Part shown: in pieces, positions 20,548 through 30,347 of the stretch
Layout: each line of letters opens with the position of its first letter
How positions within the stretch are numbered: the stretch's first letter is position 1
Assembly (NCBI GenBank): GCA_965249485.1
Contig: OZ252239.1
Span: 2,528,001-2,592,000, forward strand
Direction of reading: 5' to 3'
Length of the DNA stretch: 64,000 nucleotides
DNA from: a bacterium
GTDB taxonomy: Bacteria > SM23-31
Translations under genes and position numbers: made by a program
Notes under the pieces: model-generated
Database searches by the model: none
What the model was told of the DNA's origin: nothing
The model's input: the letters and a program-made list of their open reading frames with translations, nothing else

Positions 20548-21942
20548 ATGCGAACAAATCAACACACTATAAAGTGGAAAACTCAATATTCAGGTATTGG
20601 TCTTCATACCGGAACAAAATCGGCAATTACTTTTTTACCTGCTGCACCTAATTCCGGTATTAGATTTATCAGGACTGATCTGCCGGACAATCCGGATGTG
20701 CCAGCACTAATAGACTATGTTGTCGATATATCACGGGGAACAACACTCCAGAACGGTGACGCTGTAGTGCATACAGTTGAGCACATTTTAGGAGCGATTG
20801 CGGGGTTGCAGATAGATAATCTCGATATTGAGATTAACGGCAATGAGCCTCCGGGCGGCGATGGGAGCGCATTGCCATTTGTTGAAGTATTGATGAATGC
20901 CGGGTTTGAGGATCAGAATACCCCAAGAAATTTTGTTGTCGTTGATGAAACAATCACTTATAAAGAAGAGAAACGTGGTGTTGAAATTGTAGCGCTCCCG
21001 TTAGATGATTACCGCATTACTGTTATGATTGATTTTAAAAATCCGGCATTGGGAAGCCAACATTCCGGTCTCTTTTCGCTTGATAATGAATTTGTTAATG
21101 AGTTTGCTCCCGCAAGAACTTTCTGCTTTTTAAAAGAAGTTGAGATGCTGCAGGACCAGGGATTGATTAAGGGCGGCACTCTTGACTCAGCGGTGGTAAT
21201 TGTCGATGAAGAGTTGGATAGAGAAGAATTTAGCCGATTGCAAAAAAAACTGGTTATTCCTGGTGATGTAGTGCTTGGCAAGAATGGTATTTTGAATAAC
21301 GTGGAGTTGAGATTCAAAAATGAGCCGTGCCGTCATAAACTACTCGATGTTATCGGTGATCTGGCGCTAGTCGGTGCGCCAATAAAAGCACAAATACTTG
21401 CTGCACGTTCAGGACATAAAGCAAACATAGAATTTGCAAAAAAACTTCGTAAGCTTTATGATAAACAACAGCTTACAAAAAAATATCAAATAGTTCCAAA
21501 AGCAGGCGTCATATTTGATGTTAACGCAATTCAGAAGATATTACCGCACCGATATCCGTTCTTGTTAGTCGATAAAATAACTGAGCTGGATGTTGGAAAG
21601 AGAATTGTCGGTGTGAAAAGTGTTACAAATAATGAACCATTTTTTCAGGGTCATTTCCCCGGCCATCCGATAATGCCGGGTGTTTTGGTTATAGAAGCAA
21701 TGGCACAAGTGGGCGGATTGTTGGTTCTCAATGAAGTTGAAAATCCGGAAACCAAACTTGTGTATTTTGCTGGAATTAATGGTGCTAAATTTAAAAATCC
21801 AGTATATCCCGGCGATCAAATTCTTTTTGAGGTATTTTTGGTCAATAGCCGGCTCAATACCTTTAAAATGCATGGAAAAGCATTTGTAGATGGTAAGCTT
21901 GTCTGTGAAGCAGATTTGTCAGCAGTACTTGTTGACCGTTAA
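20548..21942 (+). CDS. lpxC-fabZ: Bifunctional LpxC deacetylase / FabZ dehydratase fusion
   Basis: GIGLHTG, TVEH, ARTF, HKLLDVIGD, then LPHRYPFLLVD, FFQGHFPGHPIMPGVLVIEAMAQ. Confidence 0.96.
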   Translation: MRTNQHTIKWKTQYSGIGLHTGTKSAITFLPAAPNSGIRFIRTDLPDNPDVPALIDYVVDISRGTTLQNGDAVVHTVEHILGAIAGLQIDNLDIEINGNEPPGGDGSALPFVEVLMNAGFEDQNTPRNFVVVDETITYKEEKRGVEIVALPLDDYRITVMIDFKNPALGSQHSGLFSLDNEFVNEFAPARTFCFLKEVEMLQDQGLIKGGTLDSAVVIVDEELDREEFSRLQKKLVIPGDVVLGKNGILNNVELRFKNEPCRHKLLDVIGDLALVGAPIKAQILAARSGHKANIEFAKKLRKLYDKQQLTKKYQIVPKAGVIFDVNAIQKILPHRYPFLLVDKITELDVGKRIVGVKSVTNNEPFFQGHFPGHPIMPGVLVIEAMAQVGGLLVLNEVENPETKLVYFAGINGAKFKNPVYPGDQILFEVFLVNSRLNTFKMHGKAFVDGKLVCEADLSAVLVDR

Positions 21943-21965
21943 ATGTTACAGAGAAGTAGTTAAAA

Positions 21966-22733
21966 ATGAATATTGATTCCCGAGCTGTTGTAAGTCCTGA
22001 AGCAGATATTGCAAGTGATGTTAAAGTAGGACCATTTAGTATTATTGAATCAGATGTGACCATTGGACGTGGGACGGTTATTGAATCGTGTGTGCGCATT
22101 GCCGCGGGGAGCAGGATCGGAAAAAATTGTAGAATATTTCATAGTGCAGTAGTTGGATCTATTCCTCAGGATCTGAAGTTTGAGGGTGAAGTGACAACTG
22201 CAGAGATTGGTGACAATACAGTCTTGCGGGAATTCTGCACCGTAAACAGGGGAACAAAAGATTTGGGCACAACGATTGTCGGTTCAAATTGCTTGCTTAT
22301 GGCATATTCTCATGTTGCACATGATTGTGTTATTGGAAACAATGTAATTCTGGCAAATGCGGTCAATATGGGTGGGCATGTTTCTATAGATGATTATGCA
22401 ATTATAGGTGGAATGGTTGGTATTCACCAGTTTGTCCGGATTGGCAAGTATGCATTTATTGGCGGCGGTTTCAGGGCAGTTCAAGATGTTCCTCCTTATA
22501 TACTTGTAGCAGGTGAGCCTTTAAGGTATTCAGGTTTGAACAGTGTAGGTTTGAGGAGAAAGAAATTCGGAAGAAAATCGTTATCGCTGCTCAAAGAGGC
22601 TTACAAAACAATCTATTATTCAGATTTAAACACAACCCAGGCATTGGAAAAAATCAAATCATTCGAAAATCAGACTCCCGAATTAGAAGACGTATGTAAC
22701 TTTATAGAAAATAGCGGTAGAGGTATTATTTAA
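21966..22733 (+). CDS. lpxA: Acyl-ACP--UDP-N-acetylglucosamine O-acyltransferase
   Basis: PQDLKF, HVAHDC, HQFVRIG, QDVPPY, GLNSVGLRR. Confidence 0.97.
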   Translation: MNIDSRAVVSPEADIASDVKVGPFSIIESDVTIGRGTVIESCVRIAAGSRIGKNCRIFHSAVVGSIPQDLKFEGEVTTAEIGDNTVLREFCTVNRGTKDLGTTIVGSNCLLMAYSHVAHDCVIGNNVILANAVNMGGHVSIDDYAIIGGMVGIHQFVRIGKYAFIGGGFRAVQDVPPYILVAGEPLRYSGLNSVGLRRKKFGRKSLSLLKEAYKTIYYSDLNTTQALEKIKSFENQTPELEDVCNFIENSGRGII

Positions 22734-22754
22734 AGTAATACATTAGATATAATT

Positions 22755-23297
22755 ATGATTAATAATAGGCAAATAGGAATATATCTGAGTTTGGGTTCTA
22801 ATGTTGGGAATCGACAATCGAATCTCAGTAATTGTATCGGCAGACTATCTGAAATCAGCGGACTTTCAATAGTGAATTTGTCGTCGATATACGAAACAGC
22901 GCCCGTCGGCTTTGAAAATCAAGATATGTTTCTGAATATTGTGCTTGAAATTACCTATGAAGGAACCCCAACTGAGTTGCTCAAATCGGTAAAAAATATA
23001 GAAAATAAAATGGGTAGAAAAACCTCGTTACGATTGGGACCCAGAATAATTGATGTGGATATTCTCTATTTTAATGATACCGTAATAGAATCTGCAACTT
23101 TAACGATTCCACACCCTGAGATACAAAATAGAAGATTTGTTCTGGAGCCGCTTGCGGAAATTGCGCCTGATTTCCAATGTCCGAATTCGTTTTATTCAGT
23201 GCGCGAACTGTTCGATAATAATTGTGATGAACATGACGTTGTAAAGTATCCTCTCTTAGAATGGAAAGAGTTGTTTCACGTTTCCAAAACGTTGTAA
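22755..23297 (+). CDS. folK: 2-amino-4-hydroxy-6-hydroxymethyldihydropteridine diphosphokinase
   Basis: YLSLGSNVG, YETAP, FLN, GPRIIDVDIL, PHP...RRFVLEPL. Confidence 0.96.
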   Translation: MINNRQIGIYLSLGSNVGNRQSNLSNCIGRLSEISGLSIVNLSSIYETAPVGFENQDMFLNIVLEITYEGTPTELLKSVKNIENKMGRKTSLRLGPRIIDVDILYFNDTVIESATLTIPHPEIQNRRFVLEPLAEIAPDFQCPNSFYSVRELFDNNCDEHDVVKYPLLEWKELFHVSKTL

Positions 23298-23315
23298 CAG
23301 ATTTGCTGATATCGC

Positions 23316-23957
23316 ATGGGAGATATAAAATATTCCTATATTGCTGTCGATGGCCTAATTGGTACCGGGAAAACCCATTTAACAAAATTATTGGAAAAAA
23401 AATTCAATGCCGTCTCGATTTTTGAAGAATACGCTAATAATCCTTTTATTGAACAATTTTACTCAAATCCTCAGCAGTTTGCCTTGCCGACCCAGCTCTT
23501 TTTTCTGATGAACCGGTATCAACAACTTAAAAACATATCACAAACTGATTTGTTTAAAGCATTTTATGTATCAGATTATACACTTGAAAAAAATAACATC
23601 TTCGCAAGTGTTACACTCAGTGAAGAAGAATTGACACTTTATCACAAGATTAAAAATTTATTAAGTCAAGATGTTCCTCAGCCCGATTTAATTGTATTTT
23701 TACAAGCAGAAATTCCTTTTTTACTAGAAAGGATTCACAAGCGGGGAATTATCTATGAAAAAGGAATAACAGAGCAATATTTGAAGCTTCTTAACAATTC
23801 TTATAATCAGTATTTTTTTCATATAACAGATACACCGGTCATTGTTATTAACGTTACGGAGCTCGACTTTGCCGAAGAGTCACATGATTTTTTATGGTTT
23901 GTCGATGAACTACACAGATCACATCATGGTTTGAGATATTTTAATCCTCAAAGATAA
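23316..23957 (+). CDS. Deoxynucleoside kinase
   Basis: IAVDGLIGTGKT P-loop, QLFFLMNR, PDLIVFLQA, RIHKRG; usual folK neighbour. Confidence 0.88.
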   Translation: MGDIKYSYIAVDGLIGTGKTHLTKLLEKKFNAVSIFEEYANNPFIEQFYSNPQQFALPTQLFFLMNRYQQLKNISQTDLFKAFYVSDYTLEKNNIFASVTLSEEELTLYHKIKNLLSQDVPQPDLIVFLQAEIPFLLERIHKRGIIYEKGITEQYLKLLNNSYNQYFFHITDTPVIVINVTELDFAEESHDFLWFVDELHRSHHGLRYFNPQR

Positions 23958-23972
23958 TGATAGAGAGCTCAA

Positions 23973-24164
23973 ATGGTACGATTTATATTATATTTCTTTT
24001 TAGCAATCTTTTTTTGGAGAATTGTCAACAAGCTATTTTTACCACGGAAAACACAGATGCCTAATGATAAGGATTTCGAAAAAGGTAATCACTCAAAAGA
24101 TCAGACTATTGATTATAATGACATCGATGATGCTAAATTCGAGGATCTTGAAAATAAAGAATAA
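23973..24164 (+). CDS. Small membrane-anchored hypothetical protein (DUF4834-like)
   Basis: N-terminal hydrophobic helix; acidic C-terminal IDDAKFEDL. Confidence 0.6.
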   Translation: MVRFILYFFLAIFFWRIVNKLFLPRKTQMPNDKDFEKGNHSKDQTIDYNDIDDAKFEDLENKE

Positions 24165-24208
24165 TAACTATACAGGTTCAATTTGTATTGTAAAAATTTG
24201 AGGAAAGA

Positions 24209-24595
24209 ATGATAAAAGTTATTAAAACTGAAAAAGCACCTGCTCCGATAGGAGTTTACAGTCAGGCATTTGTTGTTGATTGTAACAAGCTAGCGTTTTT
24301 GTGCGGTCAAATTCCTGTTGATCCAAAAACAAATGAATTGATTCAAGGTGATTTTAAAGCACAAACAAAGCAGGTATTAACAAATATGCAGGCATTACTT
24401 AAGGCTTGCGACACCGATATGGATAATCTTGTAAAGGTTACTGTGTTTCTGAAGGATTTTGATGATTTTGCGGCTTTTAATGAAGTATACAAAGACTATT
24501 TCTCCAAAGATCCTCCTCCACGTACAGCAGTTGCAGCAAGTGGTTTACCAAAGAATGTAAGTCTTGAAGTTGAAGGTATTGCTCTTGTGCCTTAA
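24209..24595 (+). CDS. ridA: RidA family enamine/imine deaminase
   Basis: APAPIGVYSQA, GQIP, FNEVY, PPRT (conserved Arg), VEGIA. Confidence 0.92.
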   Translation: MIKVIKTEKAPAPIGVYSQAFVVDCNKLAFLCGQIPVDPKTNELIQGDFKAQTKQVLTNMQALLKACDTDMDNLVKVTVFLKDFDDFAAFNEVYKDYFSKDPPPRTAVAASGLPKNVSLEVEGIALVP

Positions 24596-25124
24596 TCGCA
24601 AACAGGTGACAGGTCATCTATTTTGGGGTCTGATGGGTTTTTTTTGCTTAGTAATACTACTAATGATTGTGAATACCGATCATGCCGGAGCGCAACAGAT
24701 GACCCCATTAAAATTACAAGCATCGCAAAGAGTGGAGCAGGAGGTAGATACTACCCGTGCAAATGCGTCACCTCGACGTGCAATGATGAGGTCAATTGTA
24801 TTTCCTGGATGGGGACAATGGTACAATAGGAAAAAATTCAAAAGCATAGTGATATTTAGTGGTGAAATTGGACTGGCAACTGGGGTGATTGTTCAACATG
24901 TCCGGTTTAAAGACAGTACGGTACCTGGTGAGCGCGCATTTTTTCTAGATGATAGGAATAAAATGATGTGGTGGTTGGGAGGATTTATTATATACAGTGC
25001 GCTTGATGCATTCGTGGATTCCTATTTAAATGATTTTGATGTTGATATGGGAGTGTCACAACAGTTGCATTCGAATGATGCTAGTGTACAACTGAATATC
25101 AAAATGCCTCTATCTTTTAGATAA
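24564..25124 (+). CDS. DUF5683-like membrane/exported protein (true start probably downstream, ~24608-24632)
   Basis: SPRRAMMRSIVFPGWGQWYN...YSALDAFVDSYL. Confidence 0.65.
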   Translation: MKLKVLLLCLNRKQVTGHLFWGLMGFFCLVILLMIVNTDHAGAQQMTPLKLQASQRVEQEVDTTRANASPRRAMMRSIVFPGWGQWYNRKKFKSIVIFSGEIGLATGVIVQHVRFKDSTVPGERAFFLDDRNKMMWWLGGFIIYSALDAFVDSYLNDFDVDMGVSQQLHSNDASVQLNIKMPLSFR

Positions 25125-25137
25125 TAAGGGAAAATAT

Positions 25138-26499
25138 ATGAGTTTAAGCAGTGAAAGAGGACTGTGGAGTTCTCGTTTTGGATTCATTCTTGCAGGAGCT
25201 GGATCCGCTATTGGATTAGGAAATATTTGGAGATTTCCCTATATAACCGGACAGAATGGCGGTGCTGCATTTGTTTTGATCTATTTGCTTTGTATATTCC
25301 TAATAGGATACCCTGTGATGATTGCAGAACTCACACTCGGCCGTAATGCACAGCGCAATCCCGTCGGTGTTTTTAAAGCGATAAAGCAAAACAGTTCATG
25401 GAAATATGTCGGTGGGCTCGCAGTTTTGACAGGCTTTATGATTTTTTCTTGGTATTGTGTAGTAGCTGGATGGATTGTTGGATATTTGTATAAAACCGCA
25501 ATAGGAACGTTTAATAATCCTGTTGATACTGGTGCAATTTTCGCTGAATTTGTTGCGGATCCCGTTGCTGTTATTTTCCTAACTCTTCTTTTTGTAATTT
25601 TAACCGGATTTGTAGTGTATAAAGGAGTAAGTAGTGGCATAGAGCGGTGGTCACGTGTTCTGATGCCAACGCTGCTGGTTTTACTCGTTCTGCTTGCAAT
25701 ACGCTCCATAACGCTTGAAGGAGCATTCGAGGGTTTGGTATTTTACCTTAAACCGGACTTTTCAAAAGTAAATATCAATGTCATATTAGCAGCGATGGGA
25801 CAGGCTTTATTTTCTCTGAGCCTTGGAATGGGTATAATGGTTACTTATGGTAGTTATCTTTCGAAAAAAGACAATATTCCAACATCTGCGGCATGGGTAT
25901 GTTTCTTTGATACGAGCATTGCAATACTGTCTGGTTTTGTTATCCTGCCAGCAGTTGCAGCGATGGGGCAGGAATATTCTGCGGGACCTGGCCTGGTTTT
26001 TCAAGTTCTTCCCGGTATATTTGGCGACATGCCCGGGGGACAGCTATTCGGTATCGGACTGTTTTTGCTGATTATTATCGCAGCAATCACATCGACCATA
26101 TCTCTTCTAGAAGTGAATGTTGCCTATCTTGTTGATGAAAAAAAGATTTCAAGAAAGAAATCTGTTACTTTAGTATGTATATTAGCATTTTTTATTAGTA
26201 TTCCCGCTGCTCTTGCAAGTGGTGCAAATGCGTTTTTATCTCGTCTTCCTATAATAGGTTGGGATTTTTTCACATTTATAAGTACACTCTTTGGTGATAT
26301 AACTATTGCCATCGGTTCACTTCTGATTGCTCTTTTTGTTGGATGGAGTTGGAAGACTTCTCATGCAAAGAAAGAGATTGAATCAGAAAATATTCGGTTC
26401 AGATTTGAAGGGATTTGGAACGTGCTGATTAAATATGTCTCTCCAGTGTCAGTTCTTTTGGTATTTCTTTATACGTTTTGGAATACTTTTTTTAGTTAA
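25138..26499 (+). CDS. Sodium-dependent transporter, NSS/SNF family
   Basis: GSAIGLGNIWRFPY, QALFSLSLG, TYGSY, GPGLVF; multiple TM helices. Confidence 0.93.
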   Translation: MSLSSERGLWSSRFGFILAGAGSAIGLGNIWRFPYITGQNGGAAFVLIYLLCIFLIGYPVMIAELTLGRNAQRNPVGVFKAIKQNSSWKYVGGLAVLTGFMIFSWYCVVAGWIVGYLYKTAIGTFNNPVDTGAIFAEFVADPVAVIFLTLLFVILTGFVVYKGVSSGIERWSRVLMPTLLVLLVLLAIRSITLEGAFEGLVFYLKPDFSKVNINVILAAMGQALFSLSLGMGIMVTYGSYLSKKDNIPTSAAWVCFFDTSIAILSGFVILPAVAAMGQEYSAGPGLVFQVLPGIFGDMPGGQLFGIGLFLLIIIAAITSTISLLEVNVAYLVDEKKISRKKSVTLVCILAFFISIPAALASGANAFLSRLPIIGWDFFTFISTLFGDITIAIGSLLIALFVGWSWKTSHAKKEIESENIRFRFEGIWNVLIKYVSPVSVLLVFLYTFWNTFFS

Positions 26500-26558
26500 A
26501 ATAATGTATATTAACTTTGTGATTCTACTATAAATTCAGAATAAATAAAGAGTGTTTT

Positions 26559-27971
26559 ATGAATATAGATTCTTCAATTAGGGCTAACTGCGGAGTTGTC
26601 GGAGTTTACGGAAATCAGCAGGCATCACAATTAGCATATTTGTGTCTTTATGCCTTGCAGCACCGAGGACAGGAAGCTTCAGGGATTGTGTGTTCAAATG
26701 GTGATACACTCAAGTCTCATAAAGCGCTGGGATTAGTTTCTGATATATTCTCGGATATGAAAGTACTTGATCATTTAGATGGCATGAGCGCAATAGGGCA
26801 TAATCGATATTCTACTACTGGGGGAAACACTGCAGTAAATGTTCAGCCGCTTGTTATGAACGTAGAAGGTGGGCCAATTGGAATTTCGCATAACGGTAAC
26901 CTAGTGAATGATAAATCTCTGCGAAAAGCTCTCATGAAACACGGTTCGATATTCCAAACGTCCTCCGACAGTGAAATAATCATTCATTTGATCGCAAAAT
27001 CGAATAAAAACACGTTGTCTGAAAAGGTTAAGGAGGCATTTTCTCAGGTAAAAGGCGCATTTTCTATAGCTATGTTGTCAAAGAGCAAGCTATTTGCCAT
27101 TCGGGATCCTAAGGGATTCAGGCCGTTATGTATCGGAAAAAAGGATGACACGTATATTATTACATCTGAATCGTGTGCGCTTGATTTAATAGAGGCCGAA
27201 TATGTTCGGGATGTTGAGCCAGGCGAAATGGTGACGATTGATGAAAATGGACTGCACTCTGAAAAAATATTTCCCAAAGAGAAAAAAGCGTTTTGTATTT
27301 TTGAATATATATACTTTTCTCGCCCCGATAGCAAAGTTTTCGGAGAAAATGTGGATAAAACGCGGAGAAAATTCGGAAAAATGCTTGCCACACTAAAACC
27401 TGCTGAAGGAGATATTGTTATTTCTGTGCCCGACTCAAGTAATACTGCGGCACTGGGATTTGCTCAGGAATCGAAAATAAAATTTGAAATTGGACTAATT
27501 AGGAACCATTATATCGGCAGAACATTTATCCATCCAATACAATCCCAACGTGACTTCAGAGTTAGGATAAAATTCAATCCCGTAGAAGGTGTTCTAAAAG
27601 ACAAACGAGTTATTCTTGTCGAAGACTCAATTGTGCGAGGTACAACACTTAAACAATTAGTTAAAATGGTGCGTGATGCAGGAGCAAAAGAGGTGCATGT
27701 CCGTGTAAGTTCTCCTCCAATAATATCCCCCTGTTACTACGGTATGGATTTTCCAACAAAAGATGAATTAATAGCAAACAATAAGACTGTAGATCAGATT
27801 CGGAAGTATCTCAATGTCGATTCTCTTGAATATTTTCCGCTTGATGGCCTTACTCAATCAGTCACTAACGGTTCTTCTCATTATTGTCACGCATGTTTCA
27901 GTGGTCAATACCCGATACCTGTGAAAGATGGAATATCCAAAGATAAGTACGAAAAAGAACCGCAAGAATAA
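26559..27971 (+). CDS. purF: Amidophosphoribosyltransferase
   Basis: Propeptide then CGVVG, LQHRGQE, HNRYSTTG, CIFEYIYFSRPDS, EDSIVRGTT, CHAC. Confidence 0.97.
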   Translation: MNIDSSIRANCGVVGVYGNQQASQLAYLCLYALQHRGQEASGIVCSNGDTLKSHKALGLVSDIFSDMKVLDHLDGMSAIGHNRYSTTGGNTAVNVQPLVMNVEGGPIGISHNGNLVNDKSLRKALMKHGSIFQTSSDSEIIIHLIAKSNKNTLSEKVKEAFSQVKGAFSIAMLSKSKLFAIRDPKGFRPLCIGKKDDTYIITSESCALDLIEAEYVRDVEPGEMVTIDENGLHSEKIFPKEKKAFCIFEYIYFSRPDSKVFGENVDKTRRKFGKMLATLKPAEGDIVISVPDSSNTAALGFAQESKIKFEIGLIRNHYIGRTFIHPIQSQRDFRVRIKFNPVEGVLKDKRVILVEDSIVRGTTLKQLVKMVRDAGAKEVHVRVSSPPIISPCYYGMDFPTKDELIANNKTVDQIRKYLNVDSLEYFPLDGLTQSVTNGSSHYCHACFSGQYPIPVKDGISKDKYEKEPQE

Positions 27972-27976
27972 TAGAT

Positions 27977-28231
27977 ATGGCCCCCACCAAAAAGCCTGAC
28001 GGTATTGAAATAATTCATGAAATTTGTGACATATGTAGCGCATGTATCGCTGTATGCCCTCCTAACGTGATGTATTTAACGAATAATAGACTCTCCATCG
28101 ATTTTTCCGGATGTACATACTGTTCACTTTGTATAGATATATGTCCGGTTCGGGCTCTAAAAGGAAGCTATATTGAAACTCAGAATGTAGAAAAGGAAAA
28201 GGTTAAGATTCATGACGTTTCCACTCGATAA
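27977..28231 (+). CDS. 2[4Fe-4S] ferredoxin
   Basis: CDICSACIAVCP and CTYCSLCIDICP; overlaps the following reductase gene. Confidence 0.9.
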   Translation: MAPTKKPDGIEIIHEICDICSACIAVCPPNVMYLTNNRLSIDFSGCTYCSLCIDICPVRALKGSYIETQNVEKEKVKIHDVSTR

Positions 28232-29402
28232 TATAGAATATGATGTTGTCGTTGTAGGCGGTGGCCCGGCAGGTACCGTTGCTGCTCAATATGCAGCAAA
28301 AGGTGGTGCAAATGTTGTGCTATTTGAGCGGGATCCAGTCATCGGAATGCCGGTGCGCTGTGGAGAAGGCATAAGCGAACGTGGATTGCGTGGCTATATA
28401 TCATTGAATGGACCGTGGGTTGCCAATAAGGTCAATCAAGTTGAAATGTTTGCTCCTGATGGCACCAAAATATCACTGACATCAAAATTGATCGGTTATA
28501 TTCTTGACAGAACGATTTTTGATAAGGTTTTAGGTGAGAAAGCGGAAAAAGCGGGCGCAAAAATAGTTTCCCAAACAGATGTCATTGATTTAATTAGAAA
28601 TAATGGCTCGGTTACAGGTGTCCGTATTTTACATAAAGAAACCGAATATGATGTCAGAGCAAAAATAATTATTGCTGCAGACGGAGTTGAGTCAAAAGTG
28701 GGCAGATGGGGTGGATTAAAAACAATGACAAAACTCAATAATATGGAGTCCGCGATTCAAGTCGCTGCGTCTGAAATAGATGTAAATCCGGATATTTGCC
28801 AGTTTTTTTTCGGTCACAAAGTGGCACCGGGTGGCTATTTGTGGGTTTTTCCGAAAGACAAAAATTCGGCTAATATTGGATTGGCAGTATCAGGCAGTAA
28901 TTCAAGAGAGAAACCTGCTATTGATTACCTGAAAACGTTTATGCAGAGTAACTATCCAAGTGCAAAGTGGGATACAGTAGTCGCCGGAGGTGTTCCCTGC
29001 AATCCACCCTTAAGAGAATTAACAACGGGCAATATTATGGTTTCAGGTGACGCGGGGCATCAAGTTAATCCATTGACTGGTGCTGGAATCGCTAACGCTC
29101 TCCAATCTGGTAAACTTGCAGGAGAAACCGCTGTGGAAGCACTCAATGGATTAGGATCTATTGATAAGGCGCTAAAGTCGTACACGAAAAAATGGTTAAG
29201 AGCACGAGGGAGGAATCACAAAAGCGCAATGCGGCTCAAGAATACAGTTATGAAGTTTAGTGATGATGATTTGAACGAGTTAGCACATTTGCTAAAAAAC
29301 ATTCCCAAGAATGAATGGTCGATGCTGAAAATCTTTCTGTTTGCTGTTCGTAATCATCCTGAGTTAATCGTTGATAGTATAAAATTATTTAGGAAGTTCT
29401 GA
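28212..29402 (+). CDS. Geranylgeranyl reductase family flavoprotein (DGGGPL-reductase-like)
   Basis: VVGGGPAG, VRCGEG, AADGVES, APGGYLWVFP, GDAGHQVNPLTGAGI. Confidence 0.88.
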   Translation: MTFPLDNIEYDVVVVGGGPAGTVAAQYAAKGGANVVLFERDPVIGMPVRCGEGISERGLRGYISLNGPWVANKVNQVEMFAPDGTKISLTSKLIGYILDRTIFDKVLGEKAEKAGAKIVSQTDVIDLIRNNGSVTGVRILHKETEYDVRAKIIIAADGVESKVGRWGGLKTMTKLNNMESAIQVAASEIDVNPDICQFFFGHKVAPGGYLWVFPKDKNSANIGLAVSGSNSREKPAIDYLKTFMQSNYPSAKWDTVVAGGVPCNPPLRELTTGNIMVSGDAGHQVNPLTGAGIANALQSGKLAGETAVEALNGLGSIDKALKSYTKKWLRARGRNHKSAMRLKNTVMKFSDDDLNELAHLLKNIPKNEWSMLKIFLFAVRNHPELIVDSIKLFRKF

Positions 29403-30325
29403 TGTTCTCGGTCATTAAAAATCTTTCGAGCGGCTTACAAAAAACACGTTCAAATATTACACAGTCTCTCAAGACAATATTTACCTCTGGGAACGGTAAA
29501 AATGAAGACCTTCTGGATGACGTAGAAGAAGCATTAATTCTCTGTGACATCGGTGTGGATACAGTATCTGATATTATTGATGAAGCCAAAGAGTACATGA
29601 AAAGCCACCGAGATCTGACCTTCGAAAAGCTGTCAGAAATAGTGAAATCCCAAATAATAAAAAAAGTTGAGCCAATCATCTCATGTAACACTTTAGATGA
29701 TGCTGTGAAATCCCCGTTTGTGATTCTGGTTGTTGGAATAAACGGAACTGGAAAAACTACATCTGTCGGAAAATTGGCATATTATTACAAATCACAGGGG
29801 AAAAAAGTTCTTTTAGCAGCAGCGGATACTTTTAGGGCAGCAGGAGTTGAACAACTGGAAGTTTGGAAAGATAGGATTGGTGTTGATGTTGTGAAGAATA
29901 AGGAAGGTACTGATCCAGCTGCAGTAGCATTTGACTCAGTCCAAGCAGCCGTGGCTAGAGAAGTGGATGTATTGCTGATTGATACAGCTGGCCGAATTCA
30001 TACCAATACCAACCTGATGCAGGAATTGGAAAAAATTAAAAGAGTTGTAGGGAAAATCATCCCTAGTGCGCCTCATAAAGTACTCCTGGTCGTTGACGCA
30101 AATATGGGTCAAAATGCTATATCGCAGGCTGAAGTATTTACCAATTCCCTAGGTATCAGCGGAATAATTCTTACAAAACTTGATGGAACTGCAAAGGGTG
30201 GTACTGCAGTGCCGATTATGATAAAATTAAAAATACCTATTGAATTTGTTGGCATTGGAGAGAGTAAAGAGGATATTCGTAAATTCGATTTAAATGAGTT
30301 TACTAATGCACTTTTTACACAATAA
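29402..30325 (+). CDS. ftsY: Signal recognition particle receptor
   Basis: GINGTGKTT, DTFRAAG, DTAGR, TKLDGTAKGG. Confidence 0.96.
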   Translation: MFSVIKNLSSGLQKTRSNITQSLKTIFTSGNGKNEDLLDDVEEALILCDIGVDTVSDIIDEAKEYMKSHRDLTFEKLSEIVKSQIIKKVEPIISCNTLDDAVKSPFVILVVGINGTGKTTSVGKLAYYYKSQGKKVLLAAADTFRAAGVEQLEVWKDRIGVDVVKNKEGTDPAAVAFDSVQAAVAREVDVLLIDTAGRIHTNTNLMQELEKIKRVVGKIIPSAPHKVLLVVDANMGQNAISQAEVFTNSLGISGIILTKLDGTAKGGTAVPIMIKLKIPIEFVGIGESKEDIRKFDLNEFTNALFTQ

Positions 30326-30347
30326 GAAAGTATCTTTAGTTAATTTC

